A stretch of 64,000 nucleotides of DNA from Lachnospiraceae bacterium (GTDB lineage: Bacteria > Bacillota > Clostridia > Lachnospirales > Lachnospiraceae): positions 2,463-66,462 of the forward strand of contig JAGALK010000145.1 in NCBI GenBank assembly GCA_017625255.1, given 5' to 3'. Under the pieces are notes generated by a model, which made no database searches, had not been told where the DNA came from, and saw nothing but the letters and a program-made list of their open reading frames with translations. The translations under genes and the position numbers were made by a program. This document shows, in pieces, positions 44,454 to 52,269 of this stretch (position 1 is the first letter of the stretch; each line of letters starts with the position of its first letter).

Positions 44454-45125
44454 TTACTCACCTAACATTTCCGAAAGAAGTCTTGCTTTTTCTTTCGCTT
44501 CTTCAATATCCGCTTTGGCACGGTTTTTAAGGAGATTTTCGACTTCGGAACGGTTATCGTTGTAGGTGTAGACTTTGTAGTAATATTCCTTATCGTGGTT
44601 GGAATAATACAGGTTTACGACATCAATTTCGTCTATACGACAGACGATTTCTTCTTTACTACCGTATTCCCATTCCCACTCTGCGTCAACTTCTTCAACG
44701 ACACTTTCCCATTCAATGATTTTTCTGCCGTCGCAGATTACAGGGTAAGACCACGCAGAAATATGTCCTTTTGTTAAAGTGTAGGTATAGAGGGTTTTTA
44801 CTTCCCGCATTATCTCGCAGTCAGAGATGTACCAGTGGTACTCTACACCGTTTTTTCCTTTTTTGTCCCAGTCCACCCACTTAACTTCTGCGTAATCTTC
44901 GTCAATTTTGCAGGAATAGGTAGAACCATAGGTTTTGTAATCTTCGACATCTTCTCCGATTGCGATCTTAATATCTTCGGGACCGTCAAGACCTAACAGG
45001 TCCATAATGGATTTCTCCATATCCCTTTTCGCATCTTCCATTGTAGGGTATACTCTCACATAATCCTTTATAGACGCTTTCCCCTTGCCGAGTTCTGTGG
45101 TTTTTAAAATAGTTGCATATCTCAT
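44454..45125 (-). CDS. hypothetical protein (223 aa)
   Basis: ATG 45125 behind hairpin-SD element T3 and a ~390-nt structured leader. Confidence 0.55.
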   Translation of the reverse strand: MRYATILKTTELGKGKASIKDYVRVYPTMEDAKRDMEKSIMDLLGLDGPEDIKIAIGEDVEDYKTYGSTYSCKIDEDYAEVKWVDWDKKGKNGVEYHWYISDCEIMREVKTLYTYTLTKGHISAWSYPVICDGRKIIEWESVVEEVDAEWEWEYGSKEEIVCRIDEIDVVNLYYSNHDKEYYYKVYTYNDNRSEVENLLKNRAKADIEEAKEKARLLSEMLGE

Positions 45126-45175
45126 AGTTTTTTACCTTACCGTCCTATTGTCGGGACGGTTCCTTTCTTTTTTTT
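45126..45175 (-). promoter_or_regulatory. hairpin-SD element T3
   Basis: AAAAAAAAGAAAGGAA-CCGUCC CGACAAUA GGACGG-UAAGGUAAAAAACU-AUG; hairpin 45159-45140. Confidence 0.5.
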
Positions 45176-45183
45176 GTATTCTT

Positions 45184-45236
45184 ACAAGCCTCCCCTACAC
45201 CTACTTACTAGGTTCGGTGCTTGCTATTTAATTGTA
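45184..45236 (-). other. conserved leader RNA motif, copy 1 (UAGCAAGCACCGAACC-variable hairpin-GGUGUAGGGGAGGCUUGU)
   Basis: The 16-nt and 18-nt arms are identical to copy 2. The variable centre can form ACCUA/UAGGU here. Confidence 0.4.
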
Positions 45237-45404
45237 GAAGGAACCGCTTGATACTACCCGTCGGCGTTTACCAATGGTTCCTTCTTTATAATAATCTATG
45301 TTCTATTTAGGTTACACAAAGGCACTTGAAGGAGGCACTTTGCCTCAACTTCGTCTGTGCGGTGTAACCGTCCCTGCATCTCTAATGTGTAGAAATGCAG
45401 GGCA

Positions 45405-45532
45405 ACAACAAAACCAAAAAAGAGAAGTCACTTTTACGGAATATCCCCGTAAAGTTCTTCTCTCTATTGTTAGCATATTTTGTTGTTTTTATTTAATAAG
45501 TATAATATACACTATTATTTTTATGATTGCAA
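45405..45532 (-). promoter_or_regulatory. promoter-leader cassette G (diverged stem)
   Basis: -35 TTGCAA 45532-45527, 17 bp, -10 TATATT 45509-45504. The longer leader hairpin 45463-45421 has a different sequence but the same position, followed by U6. Confidence 0.55.
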
Positions 45533-45645
45533 GAGATGTGGATAAAAAAGTATAATTTTATATTATAAAATAATTTTCAAAGTAAATGCACAAATCTTTG
45601 CATTTACTCTGAAAAATACTACAAGCACAGTTTTTTGGTGCCAAT

Positions 45646-45674
45646 AAAAAAGGGCGTACATAATGTACGCCCTT
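45646..45674 (-). terminator. intrinsic terminator after the GNAT gene
   Basis: AGGGCGUACA UUA UGUACGCCCU plus U6. Confidence 0.7.
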
Positions 45675-45681
45675 TGACATC

Positions 45682-46242
45682 TTACAATTTCTGCCACATA
45701 AATACGCAACCTTTATCATAGGCAGGTTTTATATGACTATATACAAATCTTCTCATTTTTTCAGAGGTATGAACAAACCCCATTGTTTCATAATGAGCCA
45801 TAAGTTTATCTTTCGGTAGAGAGAAAATGTATAAATATGATGCACCTACATATTCCGCAATTTCCAATGTTAACGGTAAAATAAATTGATAAAAAACATA
45901 CGAGCCTAAATGGGCTACCATATTATTTACTTTTCTGTAATTATCATTTACCGCAAAATTTGCCAATTCAATACCGGTATAAGCATCAAATCCTTTCAAT
46001 AATCCTCTACTAACGGTTATCAAACCAGACCTCAAAGTAAAGTATGCAACAATCTGTTTTGTTCTTATATCTTTTATCAGATATGTCCTTGACATTTTAA
46101 TTTCTTCGTCAAGTAAAGCATACTTCTTTAAATATACTTCTAAACCGTACCCTTTTTCAGCTGAAAAATCAGACAAATCTTCATTTTTAGTTAAATGGAC
46201 AATTTCAAAAAATTCATCGTTTAAATCACTTAAATTTATCAT
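45682..46242 (-). CDS. GNAT-family acetyltransferase, TacT/KacT-like toxin candidate
   Basis: 186 aa; IVAYFTL...IELANFAVNDNYR...GSYVFYQFI...ASYLYIFSL...HYETMGF is colinear with the GNAT acetyl-CoA fold. ATGA overlap with a small upstream ORF, as in type II TA pairs. Confidence 0.6.
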   Translation of the reverse strand: MINLSDLNDEFFEIVHLTKNEDLSDFSAEKGYGLEVYLKKYALLDEEIKMSRTYLIKDIRTKQIVAYFTLRSGLITVSRGLLKGFDAYTGIELANFAVNDNYRKVNNMVAHLGSYVFYQFILPLTLEIAEYVGASYLYIFSLPKDKLMAHYETMGFVHTSEKMRRFVYSHIKPAYDKGCVFMWQKL

Positions 46243-46403
46243 ACTTTTTCTTTTGAGTACATCATTCTTATATACTCAATAAATTCTTCTGCTTCTTTTT
46301 TTAAAGCTGTACGATCCGGTCTTTGTGTTGAAAGCAACATATCATTTATGCGATTTGCTTTTTTTCTACTAGCATATCTTCCTTTAAAGGGCTTTATTTT
46401 CAT
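46239..46403 (-). CDS. small protein (54 aa), candidate antitoxin partner of the GNAT gene
   Basis: Trimmed to ATG 46403 (SD ggaggtg). 4-nt overlap with the GNAT ORF. No DUF1778/RHH motif could be verified by eye. Confidence 0.45.
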   Translation of the reverse strand: MKIKPFKGRYASRKKANRINDMLLSTQRPDRTALKKEAEEFIEYIRMMYSKEKV

Positions 46404-46463
46404 ATAAATACTCACCTCCAATGTACTCTTCCTCCTTTCCTCGTTAATATTATCTATATTAAA

Positions 46464-46515
46464 CGGGGAAAATTATATAGAATATCCCCGATTGTTTTCT
46501 TTTCGGGAATATCCC
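46464..46515 (-). promoter_or_regulatory. operator-like repeats in the GNAT operon leader
   Basis: Direct repeat GAATATCCC at 46480 and 46507 (plus strand), and imperfect inverted repeat CGGGGAAAAT...GAATATCCCCG at 46464-46490. Confidence 0.35.
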
Positions 46516-46542
46516 ATATTTAGTTTCTCTTTCTTTAATATT

Positions 46543-46570
46543 ATTATATCACTTTATTTATTGTTTACAA
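46543..46570 (-). promoter_or_regulatory. promoter of the small-ORF/GNAT operon
   Basis: TTGTAA 46570-46565, 16 bp, TGaTATAAT (-10 at 46548-46543). Confidence 0.5.
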
Positions 46571-46661
46571 GTTTTTGACAAAAAATATATCTTACCAGTT
46601 CTTCAAACTCCATTTCCTCGACAGTAGCAATGTCTTGCTTTTGAGTATCGGTACCGCACAT
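46554..46661 (-). CDS. possible 35-aa peptide
   Basis: ATG 46661 directly behind a double-hairpin variant of the hairpin-SD element (T7); MCGTDTQKQDIATVEEMEFEELVRYIFCQKLVNNK. Confidence 0.25.
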   Translation of the reverse strand: MCGTDTQKQDIATVEEMEFEELVRYIFCQKLVNNK

Positions 46662-46726
46662 AATTTTACCTCTGCACCAAATAAGTGCAGTCCCCGCCTC
46701 GCCGGACGGGGAACCTTTCTTTTTTT
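46662..46726 (-). promoter_or_regulatory. hairpin-SD element T7 (double-hairpin variant)
   Basis: AAAAAAAGAAAGGUU-CCCCG...CGGGG-A-CUGCAC...GUGCAG-AGGUAAAAUU-AUG; hairpins 46712-46691 and 46690-46672. Confidence 0.4.
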
Positions 46727-46740
46727 AGTTATGTTGTGAT

Positions 46741-46773
46741 AAAGAAAGAGCATCTATTGATGCCCTTTCTTTT
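46741..46773 (-). terminator. possible terminator
   Basis: 14-bp stem AAAGAAAGGGCAUC/GAUGCUCUUUCUUU. The U-rich tail is part of the stem. Confidence 0.35.
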
Positions 46774-46774
46774 G

Positions 46775-47353
46775 TTACAGCCGGGAACCCAATAAAAGGT
46801 TCACCATTTCCCTATTTTCTTCCATTTTTTCTTCAATATGAAGAAGTCTGGAAGACTTTACCCCTTCCTCCACAAAAGGATTTTCGCCCAGCGTTTCCGC
46901 TATTTCATGGGCGATTAACGAAAGCCCTACTTTCTTTATAAATTCCACGGGGCTTTCGTTAAGGAGTTCTTCTTCGTTGCAGAAGTACACAATGTCGCCG
47001 TACACATCTGCACAAATTTCGGAATATTCATCAGTTACTACTCTGATATATCCCGTAAGTAAAGCATTGTATACTTCTACTTCATAACGATATTTTTCTG
47101 CCAGTTCTTTTGTGATTTCGCAATCTACACCACTAATTTCGCATAACTCCTTTTCTACGGCTAAATCAACTGCAATCTTTCTGATCGAAATTTCCTGCAA
47201 ATTATCTTCACCGTAAAGTCCGTCCTCGAAGTGAACAAAATATTTACCATTTTCCTTATTGCGATAATAGTAAATGTTATCGTTCCACTCCTCTCCTCTT
47301 TTTTTGTAAGTGCGTTTGCAAGACGCAATTATTTCATAGTTTTCTTTGCTCAT
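46775..47353 (-). CDS. hypothetical protein (192 aa)
   Basis: Trimmed to ATG 47353 (SD aagggagg); first gene after cassette H. Confidence 0.55.
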   Translation of the reverse strand: MSKENYEIIASCKRTYKKRGEEWNDNIYYYRNKENGKYFVHFEDGLYGEDNLQEISIRKIAVDLAVEKELCEISGVDCEITKELAEKYRYEVEVYNALLTGYIRVVTDEYSEICADVYGDIVYFCNEEELLNESPVEFIKKVGLSLIAHEIAETLGENPFVEEGVKSSRLLHIEEKMEENREMVNLLLGSRL

Positions 47354-47383
47354 GTGAGCCTCCCTTCTGCCATTTTTGGCTTG

Positions 47384-47535
47384 CGACAATAAAAAAAGGA
47401 AGTACCCCTTGCGGAGTTCTTCCTATTGTTAGTCTTTTTTTGTCGTCAAGATTTTGTTACAAGGTTATTGTAATACACTTTGCAGGAAATTTCAAGATAA
47501 AAAAAGAGAGTGACCGTAGCCACTCCCTTTCTTAA
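47384..47535 (-). promoter_or_regulatory. terminator-promoter-leader cassette H
   Basis: Terminator 47535-47500. -35 TTGAAA 47495-47490, 17 bp, -10 TACAAT 47472-47467. Leader hairpin 47423-47398 plus U7. Mini-hairpin 47380-47369. Nearly identical to cassette E. Confidence 0.65.
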
Positions 47536-47540
47536 TATAA

Positions 47541-47684
47541 TTAGCCTTCCTCACGGGTGTAGTGCTTTTTATAATCATCTTTACTCCACCAATACTCATT
47601 TCCATTTTCATCATAGAAATATTTGGTTTTGTCAGACTTCAAAGCCTCTTCTCTCTCCCGCTGTTCTTGCGTATCTATCTGCAT
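47541..47684 (-). CDS. possible 47-aa protein
   Basis: ATG 47684 with SD taggaggtg; MQIDTQEQREREEALKSDKTKYFYDENGNEYWWSKDDYKKHYTREEG. Below the track cut-off. Confidence 0.35.
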   Translation of the reverse strand: MQIDTQEQREREEALKSDKTKYFYDENGNEYWWSKDDYKKHYTREEG

Positions 47685-47693
47685 ACGCACCTC

Positions 47694-48101
47694 CTACTCT
47701 GGAATTTCTACGAAACGGTAGCCTTCGTTAAATTTCACGATTACCACCTTATGTTCGTTTTCCTTGATTTCATCGTAGCTTTCCAACAGATAATTCCATA
47801 AACCCCTGCTGTCTGCTACTCTTTCATCAAATTCTGCCATTGTAATATCGTCCTCAATCTTCGGACGAAGACCGGGAGTGAAACGACTTGCGTAAATACT
47901 GGGACTAAAAATCTGTTCCGACGCAATAACATCTCCCTTTTTTACTTCAATTAAATTTCCACTTTCTACGCCTTGATAAATGTATTCATCAAATGCGTCA
48001 CAGTAATCTGATTTGATTTCCCACGGGAAATTATTAAAACCGTTTCTTAATTCGTCTTCTGATGCCACGGTATTTTCCTTCGTTACAACATAGTTTGCCA
48101 T
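47694..48101 (-). CDS. hypothetical protein (135 aa)
   Basis: ATG 48101 behind hairpin-SD element T4. Confidence 0.55.
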   Translation of the reverse strand: MANYVVTKENTVASEDELRNGFNNFPWEIKSDYCDAFDEYIYQGVESGNLIEVKKGDVIASEQIFSPSIYASRFTPGLRPKIEDDITMAEFDERVADSRGLWNYLLESYDEIKENEHKVVIVKFNEGYRFVEIPE

Positions 48102-48154
48102 ATTTCTTTACCTTTGCCGTACCAGTTACGGTACGGCTTCCTTTCCTTATTTTT
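48102..48154 (-). promoter_or_regulatory. hairpin-SD element T4
   Basis: AAUAAGGAAAGGAAG-CCGUACC GUAACU GGUACGG-CAAAGGUAAAGAAAU-AUG; hairpin 48136-48117; operon-internal. Confidence 0.5.
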
Positions 48155-48400
48155 TTATGCTGATTTTTTGGAAGTTTTATAATCTACAAAGTATTCATCA
48201 CTGTCTACATACTCTCCATTAAGAGTAACAACGCAAAATACTACCGCATCACTACTTCCGGTATTAAGTTCGGATCCTGCTTTTTTCACAAGTTCCGAGA
48301 TATTCATTGATTTCGCTTCATCAAGGGTGTGAGCATATACCTTAAAGGTTCTGCTTTTTTCCACTTCCAAGAAGTATACTTCTGCTTCCAGTAAATACAT
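48155..48400 (-). CDS. hypothetical protein (81 aa)
   Basis: Trimmed to ATG 48400 (SD aaggggg). Confidence 0.5.
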   Translation of the reverse strand: MYLLEAEVYFLEVEKSRTFKVYAHTLDEAKSMNISELVKKAGSELNTGSSDAVVFCVVTLNGEYVDSDEYFVDYKTSKKSA

Positions 48401-48413
48401 CTCTTGCACCCCC

Positions 48414-48791
48414 TTATTCCACTTTGATTTTAATACTCTCGCCACCAAGTTCTTCGATACGGGTTCCAAGCAATTCCCGGATTACCCAAAGCTGTGAAAC
48501 GGTACCTGCAATAAAACCTACGCATTTTGCCGTTTCCTTCTGCATCTGTTGAAGCATACTGATAACCTCGCTTTTTGTCTTGGCACCTGCTTTTTCTTCA
48601 AAGTGGCTGATGTACGACTGCATACTTTCATCAGTCGTCATTTCCTTCAAATTCTTTGCGTCCATAGGCGTAAAAGCATAGACTGCAATCGTGTGGTCTT
48701 TCTTTGAAAGCCAATACGATGTCTTCTCATTGAACGCATTTTTGCAGGGAGTAAGTACATACTCCCCGTAAACAATCTGTTTGTGTTCCAT
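48414..48791 (-). CDS. hypothetical protein (125 aa)
   Basis: ATG 48791 with SD aaggaggg. Confidence 0.55.
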   Translation of the reverse strand: MEHKQIVYGEYVLTPCKNAFNEKTSYWLSKKDHTIAVYAFTPMDAKNLKEMTTDESMQSYISHFEEKAGAKTKSEVISMLQQMQKETAKCVGFIAGTVSQLWVIRELLGTRIEELGGESIKIKVE

Positions 48792-48793
48792 AA

Positions 48794-49198
48794 TTACTGT
48801 CCCTCCTTCATCAGTTCCGGGTTATCAATGATATTGCCAATTACTTCCATATCAAGTGTATTTTCATCAAGATAAAGGTCTGTTCCTACATAAGCATAAA
48901 TTGCATTTGCACATGCTCTGTGTAAAAATTCAAAAGCACCAAATCTATACCTTACAACGCATTTTTCTGCATTATTATTAAAGCAAACAATATCATTTTC
49001 CCAAATCTTGTTGCCGTTCTTATCGGTCAAGCCTGTGTATTGGCAGTTGGTGTTGACATCAACTTCATAAGATGTGCCAAGACTACTTTTCACCATAATA
49101 AACGGATTATGTTTTTTAGATTCAGATATTCGATATAAATACCCTTCCACCCATTTGCCATTATCAATCCGCTTTGCCTTGAATAATATTTCTTTCAC
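48794..49198 (-). CDS. YopX-family protein (134 aa)
   Basis: GTG 49198, 8 nt after SD aaggagg. ILFKAKRIDNGKWVEGYLYR...NGNKIWENDIV is the YopX N-terminal pattern. Confidence 0.6.
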   Translation of the reverse strand: MKEILFKAKRIDNGKWVEGYLYRISESKKHNPFIMVKSSLGTSYEVDVNTNCQYTGLTDKNGNKIWENDIVCFNNNAEKCVVRYRFGAFEFLHRACANAIYAYVGTDLYLDENTLDMEVIGNIIDNPELMKEGQ

Positions 49199-49201
49199 AC
49201 A

Positions 49202-49900
49202 TTATTCCTCCTTTTCTTTAAAATAGCTTTCTAATTCTTTTAATTTCATCGTAAGCGTTCCACCTACACAATTCCCCTTTTTCATTTGTACTGTTATTTT
49301 GGGAGAATAACTTGACGGCTTGTTAATGCTTTCGTTTCTTTCAAAATATTTATTTGCATCAACAATAACCTCTTTCATTGATTTATGCGGACCGGACCAA
49401 GCCCAGTCTGCACCGCACACATTTTCTTCTTCTAAATCTTCGGGAAGCCAGTAAAATTCCAAATCATCAAGGAAATTTCCTAACACTGTAACTTTAAGAT
49501 TTTCTACCATACCTTCGTTTATAACATCTTCAACTAAATTAAAGCACTCTTTCCAATACCTTGCCTTAATATCACAAAGCACGAAGGTGCCATTAAGCCA
49601 ACGAACAATATAGTCATCTTCTGTTACGCCATAAAGTCTGATAATATCATTCTCAAAGATTTCATTTCCTTCGTGATCGTTATGTTCTGTATACCGACAT
49701 ACACTATCAATATCGACCTTGTAAAATGTGTCAAATTTTACATAATCTTCGATTGAACTGGATATACAGTTACTTCCTTCTCTCGGAATAATAATTGCAC
49801 GGAAATCTTCCACTGCATCGTCCAAAAGAATAAGATTACCTTTTACCCATTCTCCGTTATCAATTCTTCGTGCTTTATAAAGTGTTTTATGAACTCCCAT
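49202..49900 (-). CDS. YopX-domain protein with C-terminal extension (232 aa)
   Basis: LYKARRIDNGEWVKGNLI...EGNEIFENDII; paralog of the downstream gene. Confidence 0.6.
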   Translation of the reverse strand: MGVHKTLYKARRIDNGEWVKGNLILLDDAVEDFRAIIIPREGSNCISSSIEDYVKFDTFYKVDIDSVCRYTEHNDHEGNEIFENDIIRLYGVTEDDYIVRWLNGTFVLCDIKARYWKECFNLVEDVINEGMVENLKVTVLGNFLDDLEFYWLPEDLEEENVCGADWAWSGPHKSMKEVIVDANKYFERNESINKPSSYSPKITVQMKKGNCVGGTLTMKLKELESYFKEKEE

Positions 49901-49903
49901 ATC

Positions 49904-50416
49904 TTATTTACCTCCTAATGTTTCTTCTACGGCACGGTCAATAATATCCCATTCCGCATCGGTGCAATCGAGCAGAACTGACATATAACCTTTCGCCTGC
50001 ATCGTATCAAGCACTTCGTTGATATTTTCTTCGGTAGCCTCATATCTGGCACCTATGATTTCAGATGCAATATCGTCCTTCCTCCAACACTTTTCCGCAA
50101 AATAGGCTTCTGAAAAATCGACTTCCGCTTCCTCAATTTCAAAAGTAAAGGAATAATACCCTCTTTCTTCCAATCGGATAAGGAAGTCTTCCATTTCCTC
50201 AATATTTTCATAAAAAGCTTCGGGTAAACCACCGTTTTCTTCCACGACAGTCTTGTTTTCTTCTACCCATTTCTTTGCAAGTGTGTTAAGAACGAAATCA
50301 TTAGCTTCGCCTCTTGTCCCAAAGACCTTTACATGAACTGCCTCTAATATGGACTGTTCCAATGTTTCTGTATCGTCTTTATAACGATACTTTAAAATAA
50401 TCACTGATCTGTTCAT
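49904..50416 (-). CDS. acidic hypothetical protein (170 aa)
   Basis: ATG 50416 with SD taggagg. Confidence 0.55.
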   Translation of the reverse strand: MNRSVIILKYRYKDDTETLEQSILEAVHVKVFGTRGEANDFVLNTLAKKWVEENKTVVEENGGLPEAFYENIEEMEDFLIRLEERGYYSFTFEIEEAEVDFSEAYFAEKCWRKDDIASEIIGARYEATEENINEVLDTMQAKGYMSVLLDCTDAEWDIIDRAVEETLGGK

Positions 50417-50427
50417 TTTTATTCCTC

Positions 50428-50772
50428 CTAATCATATAAAGCGATTGCCATAAAGTCCTTAATTCCGACTTCTGCAACCGCCCTCTCTACTGCACTGCAT
50501 AAATCTTCGGACAAATCACATTCCTCTGATTTATACATAATTATTCCTCCGTCTTTTTCCGTAAATCCCGGACAATCATACTCCCACACTTCAATATTTA
50601 AGTATGCGTCGTACCCAGCCTCGTAATCTTCGGGTAAAAGATTATCTCCGTAACCTTTGGATATTTCAATCATATCTTTGGTTACTATATCAAGCAGTAA
50701 GATACTGCTTGATTTACTCCATTCTGAAAAACGCTTATCTTTTAAGCGTTCCTCAATTTCTGTTTTCTTCAT
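50428..50772 (-). CDS. acidic hypothetical protein (114 aa)
   Basis: ATG 50772 with SD aaggaggg. Confidence 0.55.
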   Translation of the reverse strand: MKKTEIEERLKDKRFSEWSKSSSILLLDIVTKDMIEISKGYGDNLLPEDYEAGYDAYLNIEVWEYDCPGFTEKDGGIIMYKSEECDLSEDLCSAVERAVAEVGIKDFMAIALYD

Positions 50773-50790
50773 CAGCTTCGCCCTCCTTCC

Positions 50791-51759
50791 TTACGCTACC
50801 TTTGCCAACGCCCATACACCGTATGATACATTGACGAACTTATCGCTCTGTTGAAGGATTTGTCGTACCTTTGCTTTCCATTCAGAATTTGTTTCACATT
50901 TTTTGTGACCTTCTATTTCTGAATATATTTCTTCCAGTGGTGCATCGTGACCTATCTTCTGCATTACTGCATAAACCACATCTCTCCAAGTTGCACTCTT
51001 ACTATCTCTGATGTCAATTTCGTGCTTTGTAGGCAGTGAAAAATCAATCAGATAGGGTGCAATCTTTTTGAGTACCATAAGGTATTCGTGTTCGATAGGT
51101 ACGAAATTCCTACTTCCGTATGAGATATTCTCTCTGCCGGACACAGTATTGTGCTGTAATTTAATAATTACCTGCTCTAACTGTCCGGGTTTGACAATAT
51201 CAGCAAACATACTCTTAAAGCCAATGGGTTTTCTTCGCACATCGCCCATTAAAATACTCATTTTACCGCCATTCATCATAGCGGAATAGTATTTCATTAC
51301 GATAGCGTTTAAGGTAGACATGAACTGGTCCCAGTCCATATTCCCTAAATCTGCTTTGCGAAGTTCTCCCGTAGGATCAGAGTAATTTTTCCCAGCCCAA
51401 CTAATATTACAAATATTGCTGTAAGGCGGGTGCATAAAGAGCATATCTGCGTCCATAAACGCTTCGGGAACCTCGTCTGTAATTGCATTTACATTCAAGA
51501 TGCCCGGACGCACGGGATTAGGATTTAAGTCGGCACCGACATAGGATATACCCATATCTTTGCAGACATCATATCCGGTACCACTTCCGCTGAATAATTC
51601 TGCCATTTTCTCAACACGGTATTTCCATATCAAGAACGCATGAACCCAGCCGGAACAGTTCCCACGATACTGTGAGTTTCCCCACTCTCCTCGGTTTGGA
51701 AATGATAAAACCGTACTATCGTGTTTCATCAACTCCATTTCAATTTCTTTACGGTTCAT
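50791..51759 (-). CDS. DNA (N6-adenine or N4-cytosine) methyltransferase-like protein with C-terminal winged-helix (HARE-HTH/Mrr_N-like) tail
   Basis: Motif I ELFSGSGTG precedes an atypical motif IV FMHPPY. C-terminal ...IYSEIEGH...KAKVRQILQQSDKFVNVSYGVWAL. First gene after cassette I. Confidence 0.55.
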   Translation of the reverse strand: MNRKEIEMELMKHDSTVLSFPNRGEWGNSQYRGNCSGWVHAFLIWKYRVEKMAELFSGSGTGYDVCKDMGISYVGADLNPNPVRPGILNVNAITDEVPEAFMDADMLFMHPPYSNICNISWAGKNYSDPTGELRKADLGNMDWDQFMSTLNAIVMKYYSAMMNGGKMSILMGDVRRKPIGFKSMFADIVKPGQLEQVIIKLQHNTVSGRENISYGSRNFVPIEHEYLMVLKKIAPYLIDFSLPTKHEIDIRDSKSATWRDVVYAVMQKIGHDAPLEEIYSEIEGHKKCETNSEWKAKVRQILQQSDKFVNVSYGVWALAKVA

Positions 51760-51782
51760 AAGTGAACCTCCTTTCTTTTTTT

Positions 51783-51925
51783 TGACAACAAAAAAAGGAA
51801 GTACCCCTACGGAGTTCTTCCTTTTTGTTAGTCGATATTTTGTTAAAATTTGTTACAAGATTATTGTAATATATCTTTTATAGAATTGCAAGCATAAAAA
51901 AGAGAGTAGCAATGCCACCCTCTTT
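51783..51925 (-). promoter_or_regulatory. terminator-promoter-leader cassette I (drives methyltransferase gene)
   Basis: Terminator 51925-51895. -35 TTGCAA 51891-51886, 17 bp, -10 TACAAT 51868-51863. Leader hairpin 51821-51797 plus U7, then AAAAAAAAGAAAGGAGG RBS directly. Confidence 0.65.
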
Positions 51926-51943
51926 ATATCTCTTTAATGTAAA

Positions 51944-52240
51944 TCAATTTTGCTGACTAATTTTTTCTACAACTATGCAATAATTTTCTTCACAATTAAA
52001 GTTCCACAATAATTCCCAAAACGATATAAAATTATTATTGTAACAAAAACTAGGATTGTTATTACACCCTGTAATTTCATATATGTTACCTTCAATAAGT
52101 TCCCAATCTATTTGATTGAAACCTATTCCATAAGCACCGCACTCAAAACAAACAGTGCCAACCATTCCAAACAAAACAACGGTATCACCTACACAAATAC
52201 TATTTCCGTTACAATCACTTATATTTGTTATTTCACTCAT
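51944..52240 (-). CDS. hypothetical Cys-rich protein (98 aa)
   Basis: ATG 52240 with SD aaagga. Confidence 0.5.
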   Translation of the reverse strand: MSEITNISDCNGNSICVGDTVVLFGMVGTVCFECGAYGIGFNQIDWELIEGNIYEITGCNNNPSFCYNNNFISFWELLWNFNCEENYCIVVEKISQQN

Positions 52241-52269
52241 ATTTATTTTTTCCTTTACTTCGCAAAATT

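Noticed and set aside
43572-44565. Long track ORFs 43572..44111 (-) and 43978..44565 (+), 179 and 195 aa.
   Set aside because: Both run antisense or out of frame across well-supported genes and a terminator. They have no SD and give Arg/Leu/Ser/Phe-rich low-complexity products typical of spurious frames in AT-rich DNA.
45218-45236. GGTTCGGTGCTTGC strings (also 55236-55251) reminiscent of a tRNA T-arm GGTTCGAATCC.
   Set aside because: No acceptor stem, D-arm or anticodon arm can be built around them. They form the arm of the two-copy leader motif.
45308-45372. Resemblance of CGCACAG...GAGGCAAAGUGCCUCC to the c-di-GMP-I (GEMM) riboswitch core (CGCACAGGGCAAA...GACGCAAAGCCUCC).
   Set aside because: Only one of the two required hairpins can be drawn. 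No GNRA tetraloop/receptor pair is present and the spacing is wrong. The match rests on short strings recalled from memory and needs cmscan before any claim.
45537-45545. A perfect DnaA-box-like TGTGGATAA, and a nearby 10-bp-stem hairpin (45581-45608), upstream of cassette G.
   Set aside because: It is a single isolated 9-mer, which is expected by chance at this scale, and it is not clustered and not near the iteron origin. The hairpin lacks a U-run and has no second copy. Noted only.
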